Shown here piece by piece: positions 38,199 to 48,557 of a stretch of 64,000 nt of DNA. Under the pieces are notes generated by a model. It did no database searches. It saw only the letters and a list, made by a program, of their open reading frames with translations, and was not told the DNA's origin. The DNA comes from Candidatus Methanomethylophilaceae archaeon (GTDB lineage Archaea > Thermoplasmatota > Thermoplasmata > Methanomassiliicoccales > Methanomethylophilaceae). The stretch covers positions 72,705 to 136,704 of the forward strand of contig JBMNQN010000002.1 in assembly GCA_050944155.1 (NCBI GenBank), read 5' to 3'. The position numbers and the translations under genes were made by a program. How positions within the stretch are numbered: the first letter of the stretch is position 1; each line of letters opens with the position of its first letter.

Positions 38199-38759
38199 AT
38201 GGTAACAATATCCTACGAATCATTCAAGGGGAAGCCCGTAATCAGCAGCGACGCTTACGAAATAGGGAAGGTAGCGGACGCGAATTTGGATTTGGAATCA
38301 TGGAACGTCCGCTCCATAGCCGTAAAGGGCTCCAAAGCCGCCGGCGAAATTCTCGGAGGAGCGGTTTTCAGAAAACAGCAGTTCTCCATAAACATAGGAC
38401 CTTACGAAATCAAAGACGTGGTTCTGATTCCCGAGAAACTGGAACAGCTGGGCACGGCAACCGTGGCGGAGTCCAGGGAATTCGAGAAGGCATCCGCCGT
38501 GATGGGCAAGAAAGTCGTGTCATCCGACATGATACCCATAGGAACCATTTCCGACATAGGAATCGATCTCGATATCTGGAGAGTCAACTCCTTCAAAGTG
38601 AAAATAGAGAAAAACGTCGCCGACGCGTTGGGTCTTAAACTGGGTATCCTGAACAAGACCGCGTCCGGTCTGCTCACGGCTCACATCAAATCCGTCACGG
38701 AGACGGTGAACCTTTCGAGAAAGGTCGAAGACCTCCGCGGGAACTTCGTTATGGACTGA
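38199..38759 (+). CDS. Tandem PRC-barrel protein
   Basis: Internal repeat GKPVISSDAYEIGKVADANLD / GKKVVSSDMIPIGTISDIGID. Confidence 0.82.
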   Translation: MVTISYESFKGKPVISSDAYEIGKVADANLDLESWNVRSIAVKGSKAAGEILGGAVFRKQQFSINIGPYEIKDVVLIPEKLEQLGTATVAESREFEKASAVMGKKVVSSDMIPIGTISDIGIDLDIWRVNSFKVKIEKNVADALGLKLGILNKTASGLLTAHIKSVTETVNLSRKVEDLRGNFVMD

Positions 38760-39317
38760 TCAGGCGTCGTTGAAGGCTACGAGTATGGACGCAAGACGGG
38801 GGTCGTCTTCGTAACCGTAGTAATCCTTGATCATCAGATCGCAGGTGGGTGCGGGACTGCATGAAATCACGTCTTTGCACCCGTTGCTTTCGTTGAGTTC
38901 CGGGAAGGATACAGGAGGCATGACGAAAGTCTCCTTTCCTTCTCCGGACACTTCGGGAAACAGAACGAAACCGTCGGAGAGCCAGATTACGTTGTCCTTT
39001 CCGTCGTACTGCTTGGCATTGAAGGGAAACACTTCGGTGCCCAGCAGGGTTCCTTCGGAATCCATGAGCACCACGGTGGCCTCGGGAGGGGGTCTGAAAC
39101 GGGGATCTTTGATGATGCAAATGACGTGCTGCCTTTCCAGAGCTTCGTTGAACCCTCTGTTGTCCACGGCAATGTTTCCTCCGGCCGCACGGACGGTCAT
39201 CTCTTCGTTCTTAACGTCGTTTATGATTTTGTCGTCCAGGTAGAAGCAGTGGACAACGCCTCTCATTTTTTTCACGATATCCAAAGGGCCTGCGGGGCCT
39301 TCCGTAACTTTGCTCAT
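38760..39317 (-). CDS. Hypothetical protein
   Basis: 185 aa, GAGGT/AGGA RBS, third gene of the minus-strand operon. Confidence 0.75.
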   Translation of the reverse strand: MSKVTEGPAGPLDIVKKMRGVVHCFYLDDKIINDVKNEEMTVRAAGGNIAVDNRGFNEALERQHVICIIKDPRFRPPPEATVVLMDSEGTLLGTEVFPFNAKQYDGKDNVIWLSDGFVLFPEVSGEGKETFVMPPVSFPELNESNGCKDVISCSPAPTCDLMIKDYYGYEDDPRLASILVAFNDA

Positions 39318-39326
39318 TCCTAAACC

Positions 39327-39656
39327 TCACTCAATCTTGATGCTGACGTCTCTCTTAAGACCCAGATCTCCTGCGACTTCGATTCCTTTTATCATCCCGC
39401 AGGGTACGGGACAGGCAGCGTGGGGAAGATACTTGGTTGCGAGCCTGTAAACTTCGGTTTCGCACATGGGCGCTTCCACTTCGGCGTAGGCGCTTATGGG
39501 CTCCACGTTCCAGGACATCATAAGAACGTGCGGGCAGTCGGATTCGATCTTCAGCTCGATAAGACCCATATCGTTCTCTTTCGCCAGAATCACGGTTTTC
39601 ATCTTGCATACGCCGGAATCGACGGTCACTTTGCATTCATTACTCATTGTCATCAT
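39327..39656 (-). CDS. Small Cys-containing protein (DUF6951-like)
   Basis: DSGVC, IESDCP, HAACPVPC, IEVA..L. Confidence 0.75.
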   Translation of the reverse strand: MMTMSNECKVTVDSGVCKMKTVILAKENDMGLIELKIESDCPHVLMMSWNVEPISAYAEVEAPMCETEVYRLATKYLPHAACPVPCGMIKGIEVAGDLGLKRDVSIKIE

Positions 39657-40626
39657 TCCTTAGTCTGATAAGGTTGTTTACACCCGCCATGGTCCTGATG
39701 TCCACGACGCCTATGGCAGCGATGATGCGGTTGTCTAACTCTATGGGCGTGACTATTACTTTAATGCCTTTGTACGGGCCGGACGTCGCAACCTTCCTTA
39801 TGGTGGTTCCCGCGTTAATCACTTCCTCCAGCACGGGTCCCGTGTAGGCGTTGTCGATGACCGTCCCGTTCTCTATCCTCAGGCCCAGGTTGTCTCTGCT
39901 TTTGGCGCACACGGGAAGTCCGCCCACCAGATCGTGGATGGCGAAAGCTAGAGACACGAGTTCGTTTCCGGAGCTTTTCGAAGTCAGAATGTCCTTCAGG
40001 TCCCGGTCGAACTGAAGTCCGCCGAGAAGTGCCAGTCCCGAAGTTACGGCACCCTCTTCCGCGGATTCCGGGGTCGGCCCCGTTCCGATGATGATGACGT
40101 CTTCGTTCTTCACGGTCACGTTTTTCCAGACGATTTCTTCCACTGCCGGTTCCACCTGATAGTCGGAACCGGGAAACACGAGTCTTCCGTTGTTGCACAC
40201 GAGGGTGGTGGCTCCGGTTGCGCCGGCTTTTATGGCTATGTCCCGTTCCTCGCAGCCGTACTTCACCCTTCTGGCCATTTTGGGAATACGGACGGCGCAG
40301 TCGCATTCGCCGATTGTCAGGCCGGTCGGAGGGAGATGTCTTATCTCCATGTACACGGAATTGAAGCAGTTCATCCCTTTTTTGTTCAGAGAGACTCCGT
40401 TTTTGTTTGTATCGATAAGTTCGTGCTCGTTCAGAATCCCTATGATTGTTCTGGTGCTGCCTTCGCCGATTTCCAGGATCTGGGACAGTTTTTTGCGGCC
40501 GATGGGTTTGTTCTTTTCCAGACACTCCAACGCCTTCCATATGTGGTAGTCGTTAAATTTCGGAACCGGGCCGCCCGCTCCGCGGTTTCTCTGACTGAGC
40601 ATATGGTTACATAGTACATCCATCAT
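39640..40626 (-). CDS. wHTH (DUF4443-like) + DUF2111 fusion, putative transcription regulator
   Basis: IGRKKLSQILEIGEGSTRTI HTH; RDIAIKAGA; C-terminal YTGPVLEEV...GPYKG...IAAIGVVD. Confidence 0.8.
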   Translation of the reverse strand: MMDVLCNHMLSQRNRGAGGPVPKFNDYHIWKALECLEKNKPIGRKKLSQILEIGEGSTRTIIGILNEHELIDTNKNGVSLNKKGMNCFNSVYMEIRHLPPTGLTIGECDCAVRIPKMARRVKYGCEERDIAIKAGATGATTLVCNNGRLVFPGSDYQVEPAVEEIVWKNVTVKNEDVIIIGTGPTPESAEEGAVTSGLALLGGLQFDRDLKDILTSKSSGNELVSLAFAIHDLVGGLPVCAKSRDNLGLRIENGTVIDNAYTGPVLEEVINAGTTIRKVATSGPYKGIKVIVTPIELDNRIIAAIGVVDIRTMAGVNNLIRLRNDDNE

Positions 40627-40755
40627 AATAAACTAACTGGATTTCCGTCCGGAAAGCCGGAAAAAGTAAACGTATATTCAGATTGCTGGCTTATCTTTAC
40701 ATTATTACCGCGCCTTTTCGCGCGTATTTTATATCCGTGGGGCAGTTCGGACTTC

Positions 40756-42363
40756 ATGGTAAAAAAGTCGGTCGACTTCATAAGGATAGAAAATGTCTCC
40801 AAAAAATTCGGAGACAAATGTGTTCTCAACAATGTCAGCGCGACTCTGAAAACCGGAAAAAGCTTGGGACTCATCGGCAGAAGTGCGGCGGGAAAAAGCG
40901 TTCTGATAATGATGCTCAGATGCAGCGAGGAATACGCTCCCACTTCGGGCAGAGTCATTTACAATTTCAACAGATGCACCAAATGTTCCAACCTGGATCT
41001 CCCGTACGAAGGCGAGCCCTGCACCAAGTGCGGCGCTCCCACCGAACATATATCCGTTGATTATTGGTCTCTCGAAGAAGAAGATCCACTCAGAATGCAG
41101 GTCAGAAACAGAATAGCCATCATGCTTCAGAGGACGTTCGCTCTTTTCGGAGACAAAACGGTCATCGAAAACATATTCGAAGCCCTCGGCGACAAATACG
41201 AGGGAAACGAAAAGACCCGGAAGGCTCTGGAACTTCTCGAATTCGTGGGCATGACCCACAGAACCACACACATTGCGTGGGACCTCTCCGGAGGAGAAAA
41301 GCAGAGAATAGTTCTTGCAAGGCAGATTGCCAGGGATCCTCTGTTTCTGCTTGCGGACGAACCCACCGGAACACTCGATCCTCTGACGGCGGAAATGATG
41401 CACAAGAGAATCGTCGAATACGTGAACGAAACGGGAATCTCCATGGTGTTCGCATCCCACTGGCCCGAGGCCGTCGTAAAAATGGCGGACGAAGCCATCT
41501 GGCTAGATGCCGGAAACGTGGTCATGCAGGGCGACCCCGAAGAAGTGGCCTCCAAATTTATGGAAGGCTACAAATTCGATAAACCCGACGCGGCGGTTCT
41601 GGGTGATCCGATTATAGAATTCGATAACGCTAAAAAGCACTTTTTCTCGGTCGTCAGGGGAGTCGTCAGGGCAGTGGACGGTGCCACCTTCGATATTAGG
41701 GAGAGAGAAGTGCTGGGTCTGGTAGGAAAATCTGGAGCCGGAAAGACAACCACATCCAGAATGATAGCGGGAATGACTCCCGCCACCGGCGGTTCCGTCA
41801 AGGTGAGAATCGGAGACAACTGGATCGACATGTCGGAGATGGGTGTCGGAGGAAAAGGACGCGCCACGCCGTACATAGGATTCCTCCACCAGGAATACAC
41901 GCTCTATCCGTTCGACAACGTCCTGAGCAATCTGACCACCTGCATAGGGGTCAGGATGCCCGCCGAGCTCGCAAAATTCAAGGCAATCCAGGTTCTGGAA
42001 AGCGTGGGATTCCCGAAAGAGGGAATGGAAGAACTCCTCCAGGCTTATCCGGATACCCTGAGCGTGGGAGAGTGCCAGAGAATCGCTTTTGCGCAGGTCC
42101 TGATAAAGGAACCCCGCATAATCATATTGGACGAACCCACGGGAACCATGGACCCGGTGACCAAAACCATCATAGCGAAGTCGGTCATCAAAGCCAGGGA
42201 AACCCTGGGAGAAACGTTCGTGGTGGTCAGCCACGATATGGATTTCGTCGAAAATGTCTGCGACCGCGTCGTGTTCATGAAGGACGGAAAGGTCGAAGCG
42301 ATCGGCGAACCCAAAGAAATAATCGCGAAGTTCGGAATAAACGAATTCGTAGACCCAAACTGA
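40756..42363 (+). CDS. atwA: MCR system component A2 (ABC-type ATPase)
   Basis: Two ABC domains without TM segments, CxxC..CxxC insert, AIMLQRTFAL, LHQEY. Confidence 0.95.
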   Translation: MVKKSVDFIRIENVSKKFGDKCVLNNVSATLKTGKSLGLIGRSAAGKSVLIMMLRCSEEYAPTSGRVIYNFNRCTKCSNLDLPYEGEPCTKCGAPTEHISVDYWSLEEEDPLRMQVRNRIAIMLQRTFALFGDKTVIENIFEALGDKYEGNEKTRKALELLEFVGMTHRTTHIAWDLSGGEKQRIVLARQIARDPLFLLADEPTGTLDPLTAEMMHKRIVEYVNETGISMVFASHWPEAVVKMADEAIWLDAGNVVMQGDPEEVASKFMEGYKFDKPDAAVLGDPIIEFDNAKKHFFSVVRGVVRAVDGATFDIREREVLGLVGKSGAGKTTTSRMIAGMTPATGGSVKVRIGDNWIDMSEMGVGGKGRATPYIGFLHQEYTLYPFDNVLSNLTTCIGVRMPAELAKFKAIQVLESVGFPKEGMEELLQAYPDTLSVGECQRIAFAQVLIKEPRIIILDEPTGTMDPVTKTIIAKSVIKARETLGETFVVVSHDMDFVENVCDRVVFMKDGKVEAIGEPKEIIAKFGINEFVDPN

Positions 42364-42366
42364 CAG

Positions 42367-42996
42367 GTGAATGACTTGAAACAGCAGATCGGGCGCAGAC
42401 TGAGCTTTGTGGAATGCCGCGAGGCCATGGGGCTCGGGCCGGGAGGCGCTCTGGCACAGAGAGCCACAATATCCGACAGCGGAAGAGACGTGGTTGCCGT
42501 AGCCATGGGCCCCGGCAGGAGGCACATAACCAAACCTGTCTGCGAGATAACGTACGCGCTGAGGGAAGAAGGCATAGACACAAGCGTGCTGGTGGTCAAC
42601 GCGGGATCCGGAGTCCCCTCGGACGCGCCGGACATGACCACGGGTTCCAGATTCGGATTGGACCCGATAGAAGTCGAAAGGATAAGGCAGTTCAAAGTCG
42701 CCCTGATTCATCTGGGCAACGTAAGACAGCACATCATCTACAAAGCCAGACTCATTCTCAGAAACGTGGATATTCCCGCAATAATCGTGGCACAGTGTCC
42801 CGTGGACTTCGAAGATTTCGCCGCCATAGGAGTGAAAACGTCCAGAGTCATGCCTCCGGACGACGAAGTTCAGACCAAAGGTTACATTGATCAGATAGTC
42901 ACCGGAGTCATAAGAGGAGTGAACACTCCCCAGGAAAAACTTGACGAGATAACGTCCAAAGTCCAGTCGATGCTTCCGAAGGTGGTTTCCGAATGA
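42367..42996 (+). CDS. mcrC: MCR operon protein C
   Basis: [36 protein letters not shown]. Confidence 0.93.
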   Translation: MNDLKQQIGRRLSFVECREAMGLGPGGALAQRATISDSGRDVVAVAMGPGRRHITKPVCEITYALREEGIDTSVLVVNAGSGVPSDAPDMTTGSRFGLDPIEVERIRQFKVALIHLGNVRQHIIYKARLILRNVDIPAIIVAQCPVDFEDFAAIGVKTSRVMPPDDEVQTKGYIDQIVTGVIRGVNTPQEKLDEITSKVQSMLPKVVSE

Positions 42997-44507
42997 AAGT
43001 ATCCGTCAACGGCAAAGAGAAAATTCTCAGGGACGGCGCGACTCTGAAAGATGCCGTCGAGGGCGAAAACGTGAAGGAAGGCGCGCTTATTGCGGTCAGG
43101 CTTTCCGTGGAAAAAATTTCGGAAACGACGGACGATTTCGAACTGGTAACTCCCAGGGGATCCATGATTCTGCATCTGGACGACGGTCCCGACGCAGAGA
43201 AATGGAGGTCCATCAAAGAATCCGTGGAAGGTGTCACGGCCAGATGGGTTACCCGCAAAATCGTCGCCTTCGGTGCGTTCCCGACGGATATCAAACACGA
43301 TGCCGCGGACCGCATGTACCGCAGATTCGATTGCTTTTTCTCTCTCGGCGGAGGGGACAATCACACCACATACATGATGATAGCCAGAAGCGACCACAGG
43401 AACGGCTACGGGGCGGGTTCCGGGCGCATAGGCAGGATAACCAAAGGCAGACATCTGATGGACGAACTGCGGGAAGGAGAAGGGATAACGGAAATCAGAC
43501 CGGTCACATCGGAGACCAGCGTCGAAAATCTCCATGTCACTTCGGACCTTTCGTTCCCGATGGAGGACGGCTATTCGGTGGAAACCCACGTCCTCATAGA
43601 TTTGGATCCCGGTTCTCCGTCGTCGGCGGAACACGTTCTGATTGCGACTTCCGAAGGAACCATGAAGGTAACCGATTCCACGGGAAGCTACATAGCCAGT
43701 TCCGAAAATATGGATACCGAATCCCTGAAGGAGAAGACCGATGTAAGAGAGGCGGGAGCGGTCACCGTAAGAAACGAGGGAACCGGCAACGGAAGAATTT
43801 ACATTTACAAAACCAAAAGACAGGTCGCGGAATCCCACAACCGTGCGGGCAAAGTCGTCAGAGGGATGTCTCTGGTTTTCCGCGCGTCCGAGGACGATAC
43901 CGTCGAGATACGGACCAACCCTCCGAGAGCACTTGCGGTGGGAATGACCCAGAAGGAAGGAGAAGCGTTCCTTTCCGCGGCGGGAATCAAACAGGTCAGA
44001 ACCGGAGACGTTTCCGACGGAGCAATCATCGCGGAACAGACTCCGGAACGCACTCTCGAAGTGATTTCCTCGGGTATCGTGGAAACGTTCGGAGTTCCCA
44101 AGGACAATGTCTACAGAATCGAAATAACCGCTCCGGACACCGTCACCGATCGCTACTTCAGAAAAGTGACCGGACTCAGCCACAAGCCCATAGGCTCCCT
44201 CAAAGTTCAGTTCATTTACGACGGAGCCCCCATGGTTACGTTCTACGGCGACGAAATGCGCGGAAAATCGATTTTCCCCCAGGAACCCTTCGAAGAGGTC
44301 AGACGGGGAGATATAGGAGTCACGAACCAGGTCCGTCCTTACTGCGGACTGATAGGAATAAGGCTCACGGACAGCAAAGAATTCGGGCCCACCGGGGAAG
44401 AAAACCACGGAACGAACATCGTGGGAAAATTCGTCGACGACCTGGACAGGCTGATTTCGAATGCAGAAGACGAACAGACCGTATACATAACGGAGAAGAT
44501 TCTATGA
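42993..44507 (+). CDS. mmp3: Methanogenesis marker protein 3
   Basis: [44 protein letters not shown]. Confidence 0.92.
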   Translation: MKVSVNGKEKILRDGATLKDAVEGENVKEGALIAVRLSVEKISETTDDFELVTPRGSMILHLDDGPDAEKWRSIKESVEGVTARWVTRKIVAFGAFPTDIKHDAADRMYRRFDCFFSLGGGDNHTTYMMIARSDHRNGYGAGSGRIGRITKGRHLMDELREGEGITEIRPVTSETSVENLHVTSDLSFPMEDGYSVETHVLIDLDPGSPSSAEHVLIATSEGTMKVTDSTGSYIASSENMDTESLKEKTDVREAGAVTVRNEGTGNGRIYIYKTKRQVAESHNRAGKVVRGMSLVFRASEDDTVEIRTNPPRALAVGMTQKEGEAFLSAAGIKQVRTGDVSDGAIIAEQTPERTLEVISSGIVETFGVPKDNVYRIEITAPDTVTDRYFRKVTGLSHKPIGSLKVQFIYDGAPMVTFYGDEMRGKSIFPQEPFEEVRRGDIGVTNQVRPYCGLIGIRLTDSKEFGPTGEENHGTNIVGKFVDDLDRLISNAEDEQTVYITEKIL

Positions 44508-44920
44508 GCGACGAAAGGGAAACCAGACTTTTCATGATATCGCCGAACTCCATGCTTACGCCGGACCAGCTCGTGCGCACCGTGCACGCGATGAACAAAG
44601 GCGTAAAGGTGAAAGAGACATGCTACGGATGTCTCGTCGAAGGGCCCAAGGCCGTAGTCCTGGATGTACTGGCACAGCTGAGGAAGAAGTACCGCAACGA
44701 GGTGTTTTCCAAACCCAGGGCGTACCTTACCAGCGATCCGCGCAGGTGCCGCGCCCAGCACGGAACCAGACCCGGATACGCCCAGCTGGAGTCGGAATGG
44801 GCTCTGCTTTCCAACGTGCAGTACGGTCTCGAATGCGCGGACAGGGGCGAAGTTCTGGAACCCGAAGAGACCAAGGAAAAACTGCCCGTAGACGTTTTCA
44901 GAAAAATATGCGAGGAATGA
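44504..44920 (+). CDS. mmp6: Methanogenesis marker protein 6
   Basis: VKETCYG, F.KPR....D.RRCRA..G.RPG..QLE.E. Confidence 0.9.
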   Translation: MSDERETRLFMISPNSMLTPDQLVRTVHAMNKGVKVKETCYGCLVEGPKAVVLDVLAQLRKKYRNEVFSKPRAYLTSDPRRCRAQHGTRPGYAQLESEWALLSNVQYGLECADRGEVLEPEETKEKLPVDVFRKICEE

Positions 44921-45360
44921 CGATGAAGGTTTTTATTGATCCCCCGAACAGCCTTATTCTGTTCGACATAGTGGAAAGATTCGGCCACGAGCCGCTCAGC
45001 GCGATGGCCGCGATACAGGAAAGGGTGGACAATCTCGAGATAGACATGCCTCCCATGAACGTGACTCTGGACGACGTTGTCAAGGGTCTGAAATACGCCG
45101 GAATCGAAGTTCCTTCCGGAATACGCGGCAGAATGGCCGTGTGGGGGCCGCTCATAGAGGAAGCGGATGCGGCCATCATAATGGAAAACGCCCCCTACAG
45201 TTTCGGATGCGTCGGATGCGAACGTTCCAACGAGATGGTAAAGTACCTGGTGAAAAGGCGGGGAATACCCGTTTACAGGGCGCCGTACCCCGAAGACGAA
45301 AAATCAGCCAGGGCATTCGTTCTCGGCGCCAAAGAGTTCCTGGAGGGGCTTAAGAAATGA
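44917..45360 (+). CDS. mmp5: Methanogenesis marker protein 5
   Basis: [46 protein letters not shown]. Confidence 0.92.
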   Translation: MTMKVFIDPPNSLILFDIVERFGHEPLSAMAAIQERVDNLEIDMPPMNVTLDDVVKGLKYAGIEVPSGIRGRMAVWGPLIEEADAAIIMENAPYSFGCVGCERSNEMVKYLVKRRGIPVYRAPYPEDEKSARAFVLGAKEFLEGLKK

Positions 45361-46580
45361 CGATTAAAATTGCTCAGCTGTCCTGCGGTACCGAATACAG
45401 CAGCGTTCAGCACGAAATAGAAAAGGCCGCAATATCCGTGGGAGCTAAGATGGTTTACCCGGACGTAAGCGCCGCGAACATAGACGAAGCGGTGAAAAGA
45501 TTCGGGTTCAACCCCCGTTCCACCCAGCTTAAACTGATGATAGCCAGAGCCGCGGCTCTCGCCAACGGGGACTACGACGCGGACGCCGTCTTCATATGCA
45601 CCTGTTTCAGGTGCGCCGAAGCGGCCCTCGTAAGAAACGAGCTGAGAAGGTTCATCCAGGAAAATACGAACCTCCCCGTCGTTACGTACTCTTTCACGGA
45701 GAGGCTCAAAGCGTCCCAGATGCTCACGAGGATGGAAGCTCTGGTGACCGTGGTTTCCAGGAAAGAACTTCTGGCAAGGGAGAGACAGACCGGACTGACC
45801 GCCGGTCTCGACTCCGGTTCCAGTACCACGAAAGCCGTGGTAATGGAAAACAACAAAATCGTAGGGAAAGCGTGGACGGGCTCCGGAGACGTGGTAAAAT
45901 CCGCGACCCAGGTTCTCGAAGAAGCCATGAGCCAGGCCGGCGTGGAACTCAAGGACCTGGAAGCCATAGGAACGACCGGGTACGGACGTTACACTCTGGG
46001 TAAACATTTCAACGCCAAACTGGTGCAGGAAGAACTCACCGTCAACTCCAAGGGAGCCGTATGGCTCGCCGACAGACAGAGAGGCGAAGCCACCATCCTG
46101 GACATAGGAGGTATGGACAACAAGGCCATTACGGTGAGAGACGGAGTTCCGGACAACTTCACGATGGGAGGCATATGTGCCGGAGCTTCCGGACGTTTCC
46201 TCGAAATGACCGCTAGAAGGATGAAGATCGACATCGAAGAACTGGGACCTCTGGCTATGAAAGGGGACTGGAGAAACGCGAAGATGAACTCCTACTGTTC
46301 CATTTTCGGAATCCAGGACCTGGTCACGCAGTTGGGAGACGGAAAGTCTTTCGAAGACGTCGCGGCGGCCGCGTGCCATTCCGTCGCCGAACAGGTGTAC
46401 GAACAGCAGCTCCAGGAAATCGACATAAGAAAACCGATAATACAGGTGGGCGGAACATCCCTGATAACCGGGCTCGTCAAGGCCGTAGGCGAAATACTCG
46501 GAGACATGCCGATTGTTCCTCCCGATTCCCAGTATATCGGAGCGGTGGGCGGAGCTCTTCTTAGTTCCGGATTCCTGTGA
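45357..46580 (+). CDS. mmp15: Methanogenesis marker protein 15 (HgdC-like ASKHA ATPase)
   Basis: [45 protein letters not shown]. Confidence 0.93.
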   Translation: MTIKIAQLSCGTEYSSVQHEIEKAAISVGAKMVYPDVSAANIDEAVKRFGFNPRSTQLKLMIARAAALANGDYDADAVFICTCFRCAEAALVRNELRRFIQENTNLPVVTYSFTERLKASQMLTRMEALVTVVSRKELLARERQTGLTAGLDSGSSTTKAVVMENNKIVGKAWTGSGDVVKSATQVLEEAMSQAGVELKDLEAIGTTGYGRYTLGKHFNAKLVQEELTVNSKGAVWLADRQRGEATILDIGGMDNKAITVRDGVPDNFTMGGICAGASGRFLEMTARRMKIDIEELGPLAMKGDWRNAKMNSYCSIFGIQDLVTQLGDGKSFEDVAAAACHSVAEQVYEQQLQEIDIRKPIIQVGGTSLITGLVKAVGEILGDMPIVPPDSQYIGAVGGALLSSGFL

Positions 46581-46590
46581 GGGAAAAAAG

Positions 46591-47157
46591 ATGGATGTCA
46601 CAGTGCACGGACCGGACCCTTTCGGAAACGAAGCTTACAAAAAGCTTTTCGAAGACATAATGAGCGATACGGGAGACGCGGTGCACATAGAGAAAGCGGA
46701 ACTGATTCTCGAACCGGAAATTCCAATTTTCGTATTTTCGATCAAAATCAGGGCTGCGCCCGCCGACAAGACGGTGGCGGACGTGAGCAGCATCCGCAAA
46801 GAGGGGAGCGGAGTGCAGATAACCGTAACCGACGAACGTCACGCTCCCGGAATACTCGAGCAGCTGTGGGCCGCCTACGGGAGAAACGGCGTGGAACAGC
46901 AGACCCGTTTCGACATGTACGTGGAAGGCGGCGACGCTGAAAAAATAAGCTCCATGGTCGTGGCGTCGGGAGAAGAATCCCTGAAAGAAATCATAGGTTC
47001 CGTGTGGAGATCCATGCCGGAAGGAATCAAAGTCCGCCGCACATTCGTATCCGACAATGTCGTGACGGTCGTGGCCACGGAAGAGATAATGACCCCCGAA
47101 ATTCTTGCCGAAGGCGTCAAACTCCATACGGCGATGGGAGGAAAGGCCGATGTTTGA
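46591..47157 (+). CDS. mmp17: Methanogenesis marker protein 17
   Basis: PIFVFS, QLW..YG..V.Q..RF, MPEG.KVR; operon position. Confidence 0.85.
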   Translation: MDVTVHGPDPFGNEAYKKLFEDIMSDTGDAVHIEKAELILEPEIPIFVFSIKIRAAPADKTVADVSSIRKEGSGVQITVTDERHAPGILEQLWAAYGRNGVEQQTRFDMYVEGGDAEKISSMVVASGEESLKEIIGSVWRSMPEGIKVRRTFVSDNVVTVVATEEIMTPEILAEGVKLHTAMGGKADV

Positions 47158-48088
47158 AGTCATAATGTACGACGGAGGCGTTTACCGTTCCGCGGAACTA
47201 TTCGAAATGATAGAAGACGTGGGAGGAGCGGTTCTTCAGAAAATCAGAAGTTCCCAGATGCTCACCGTTACAATGTCCATACCCAGCGAGGACAAGGAGA
47301 TGATTTCCGCCCTGTGCAGGGAGATAGGCGGAGAGGTGAAGGAAGTTCCCCTTGCCGGTACGGAAATCGCCGTGGTGGGACCCACTCTCGGAAGGCACCA
47401 CATGCCCCACCCGATCTGCGACATCGCGGAAGCCCTCAGAAGAAAAGGCGCCCTGTCCATAGTGATGGGACTTGCCAGGGGAAGGGGAAAATCGACTTCG
47501 CAGATATCCGCTTCCGAAGTCGCGATCATAAACGAGTACGACGCGGCAATTTTCAGTCTGGGTAATTTCAAATCCTGCGTGGAAGCGAAAAAAGATCTTC
47601 TCAAAGACATCACGATACCGCTGATTCTCGTATGCGGACCGATGCCGGAGGGCATGGACGACATTGCCGAAGCGGTCATAAGCGGAGTCGGAAGGAAATC
47701 CGAAAGGATGAGACTCCCGGCCGAAAGGGCAAAACTGGACGAAATCGTCGATACCACCGAGAGGGTGCTCAGGGAGAAAAGAAAAAGACTGGCCGAAGAC
47801 CCGCTTTTCGTGCATCCTTCGGAGGTTAAGCAGGTTCTCGAAAACTATCCTCCGATAGACATGTGTCTCAGGCCGTCCCCCATAGTTCTGCATCTCAACG
47901 GTCTCAGGGCCAAGATACCCTACGACGGAAATTACGAAGCCGTAGGAAATACGGTGGTTTACGGAAGGAAACTGAAAGACATAGCGGATATCACGGAATC
48001 CAAACTGGACCGCAGCAGCATTCTGATAAGGATCAAAACGAATTCGGAGGTCGAATACGACGACTCCAAACGGAACGAAGGTGCGTAA
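47150..48088 (+). CDS. mmp7: Methanogenesis marker protein 7
   Basis: GGVYR..E..E.IEDVGG, PLAGTEIAVV, HHMPHPICDIAE, GLARG.G. Confidence 0.92.
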   Translation: MFEVIMYDGGVYRSAELFEMIEDVGGAVLQKIRSSQMLTVTMSIPSEDKEMISALCREIGGEVKEVPLAGTEIAVVGPTLGRHHMPHPICDIAEALRRKGALSIVMGLARGRGKSTSQISASEVAIINEYDAAIFSLGNFKSCVEAKKDLLKDITIPLILVCGPMPEGMDDIAEAVISGVGRKSERMRLPAERAKLDEIVDTTERVLREKRKRLAEDPLFVHPSEVKQVLENYPPIDMCLRPSPIVLHLNGLRAKIPYDGNYEAVGNTVVYGRKLKDIADITESKLDRSSILIRIKTNSEVEYDDSKRNEGA

Positions 48089-48524
48089 AGGAACATACCT
48101 TCTTTCGCTGACGCTGCTTTCCGACAAAGAAATCGATGTGGGTTCCAGGGGAAAAATACGTTTTCCGGCCGGCAAATACTTCTACGCCGGAAGCGCCATG
48201 AACGGTTTGGATCGGCGTATCGGCAGACATTTCTCCCGGGAAAAAAAGATGCGCTGGCACATTGATTATCTGACCGTCCGTGCGGACGCGATGGAAGCAT
48301 ACGTTTCGGAATCCCCCGGAGAAATCGGAGAATGCCGTCTCGCCGAAACGATGGAAAAGGCAGGATGGACTCCGGTGAAAGGATTCGGGTGTTCCGACTG
48401 CGGATGTTACAGCCATCTATTCAGGGCGGCGGAAAAAGACTCCAGCGAACCCCTGAAGGTGCTGGATTCCGCGTCGGGTTCAGCAACAACACTTATAATC
48501 TATCAGGCACTTCCGACTTTATAA
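48081..48524 (+). CDS. DUF123/GIY-YIG family nuclease
   Basis: KGTY, YFYAGSA, RIGRH, RWHIDYL, EC, GFGCSDC.C.SHL. Confidence 0.85.
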   Translation: MRKGTYLLSLTLLSDKEIDVGSRGKIRFPAGKYFYAGSAMNGLDRRIGRHFSREKKMRWHIDYLTVRADAMEAYVSESPGEIGECRLAETMEKAGWTPVKGFGCSDCGCYSHLFRAAEKDSSEPLKVLDSASGSATTLIIYQALPTL

Positions 48525-48557
48525 CAAGACTCGCGCTTTAAAAGGTAGAGGGTACAA

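Noticed and set aside
43202-44503. Apparent 572-aa Mmp6 or an mmp3-mmp6 frameshift fusion
   Set aside because: The upstream part is an Arg-rich alternate frame of mmp3; mmp6 has its own ATG at 44504 with an ATGA overlap.
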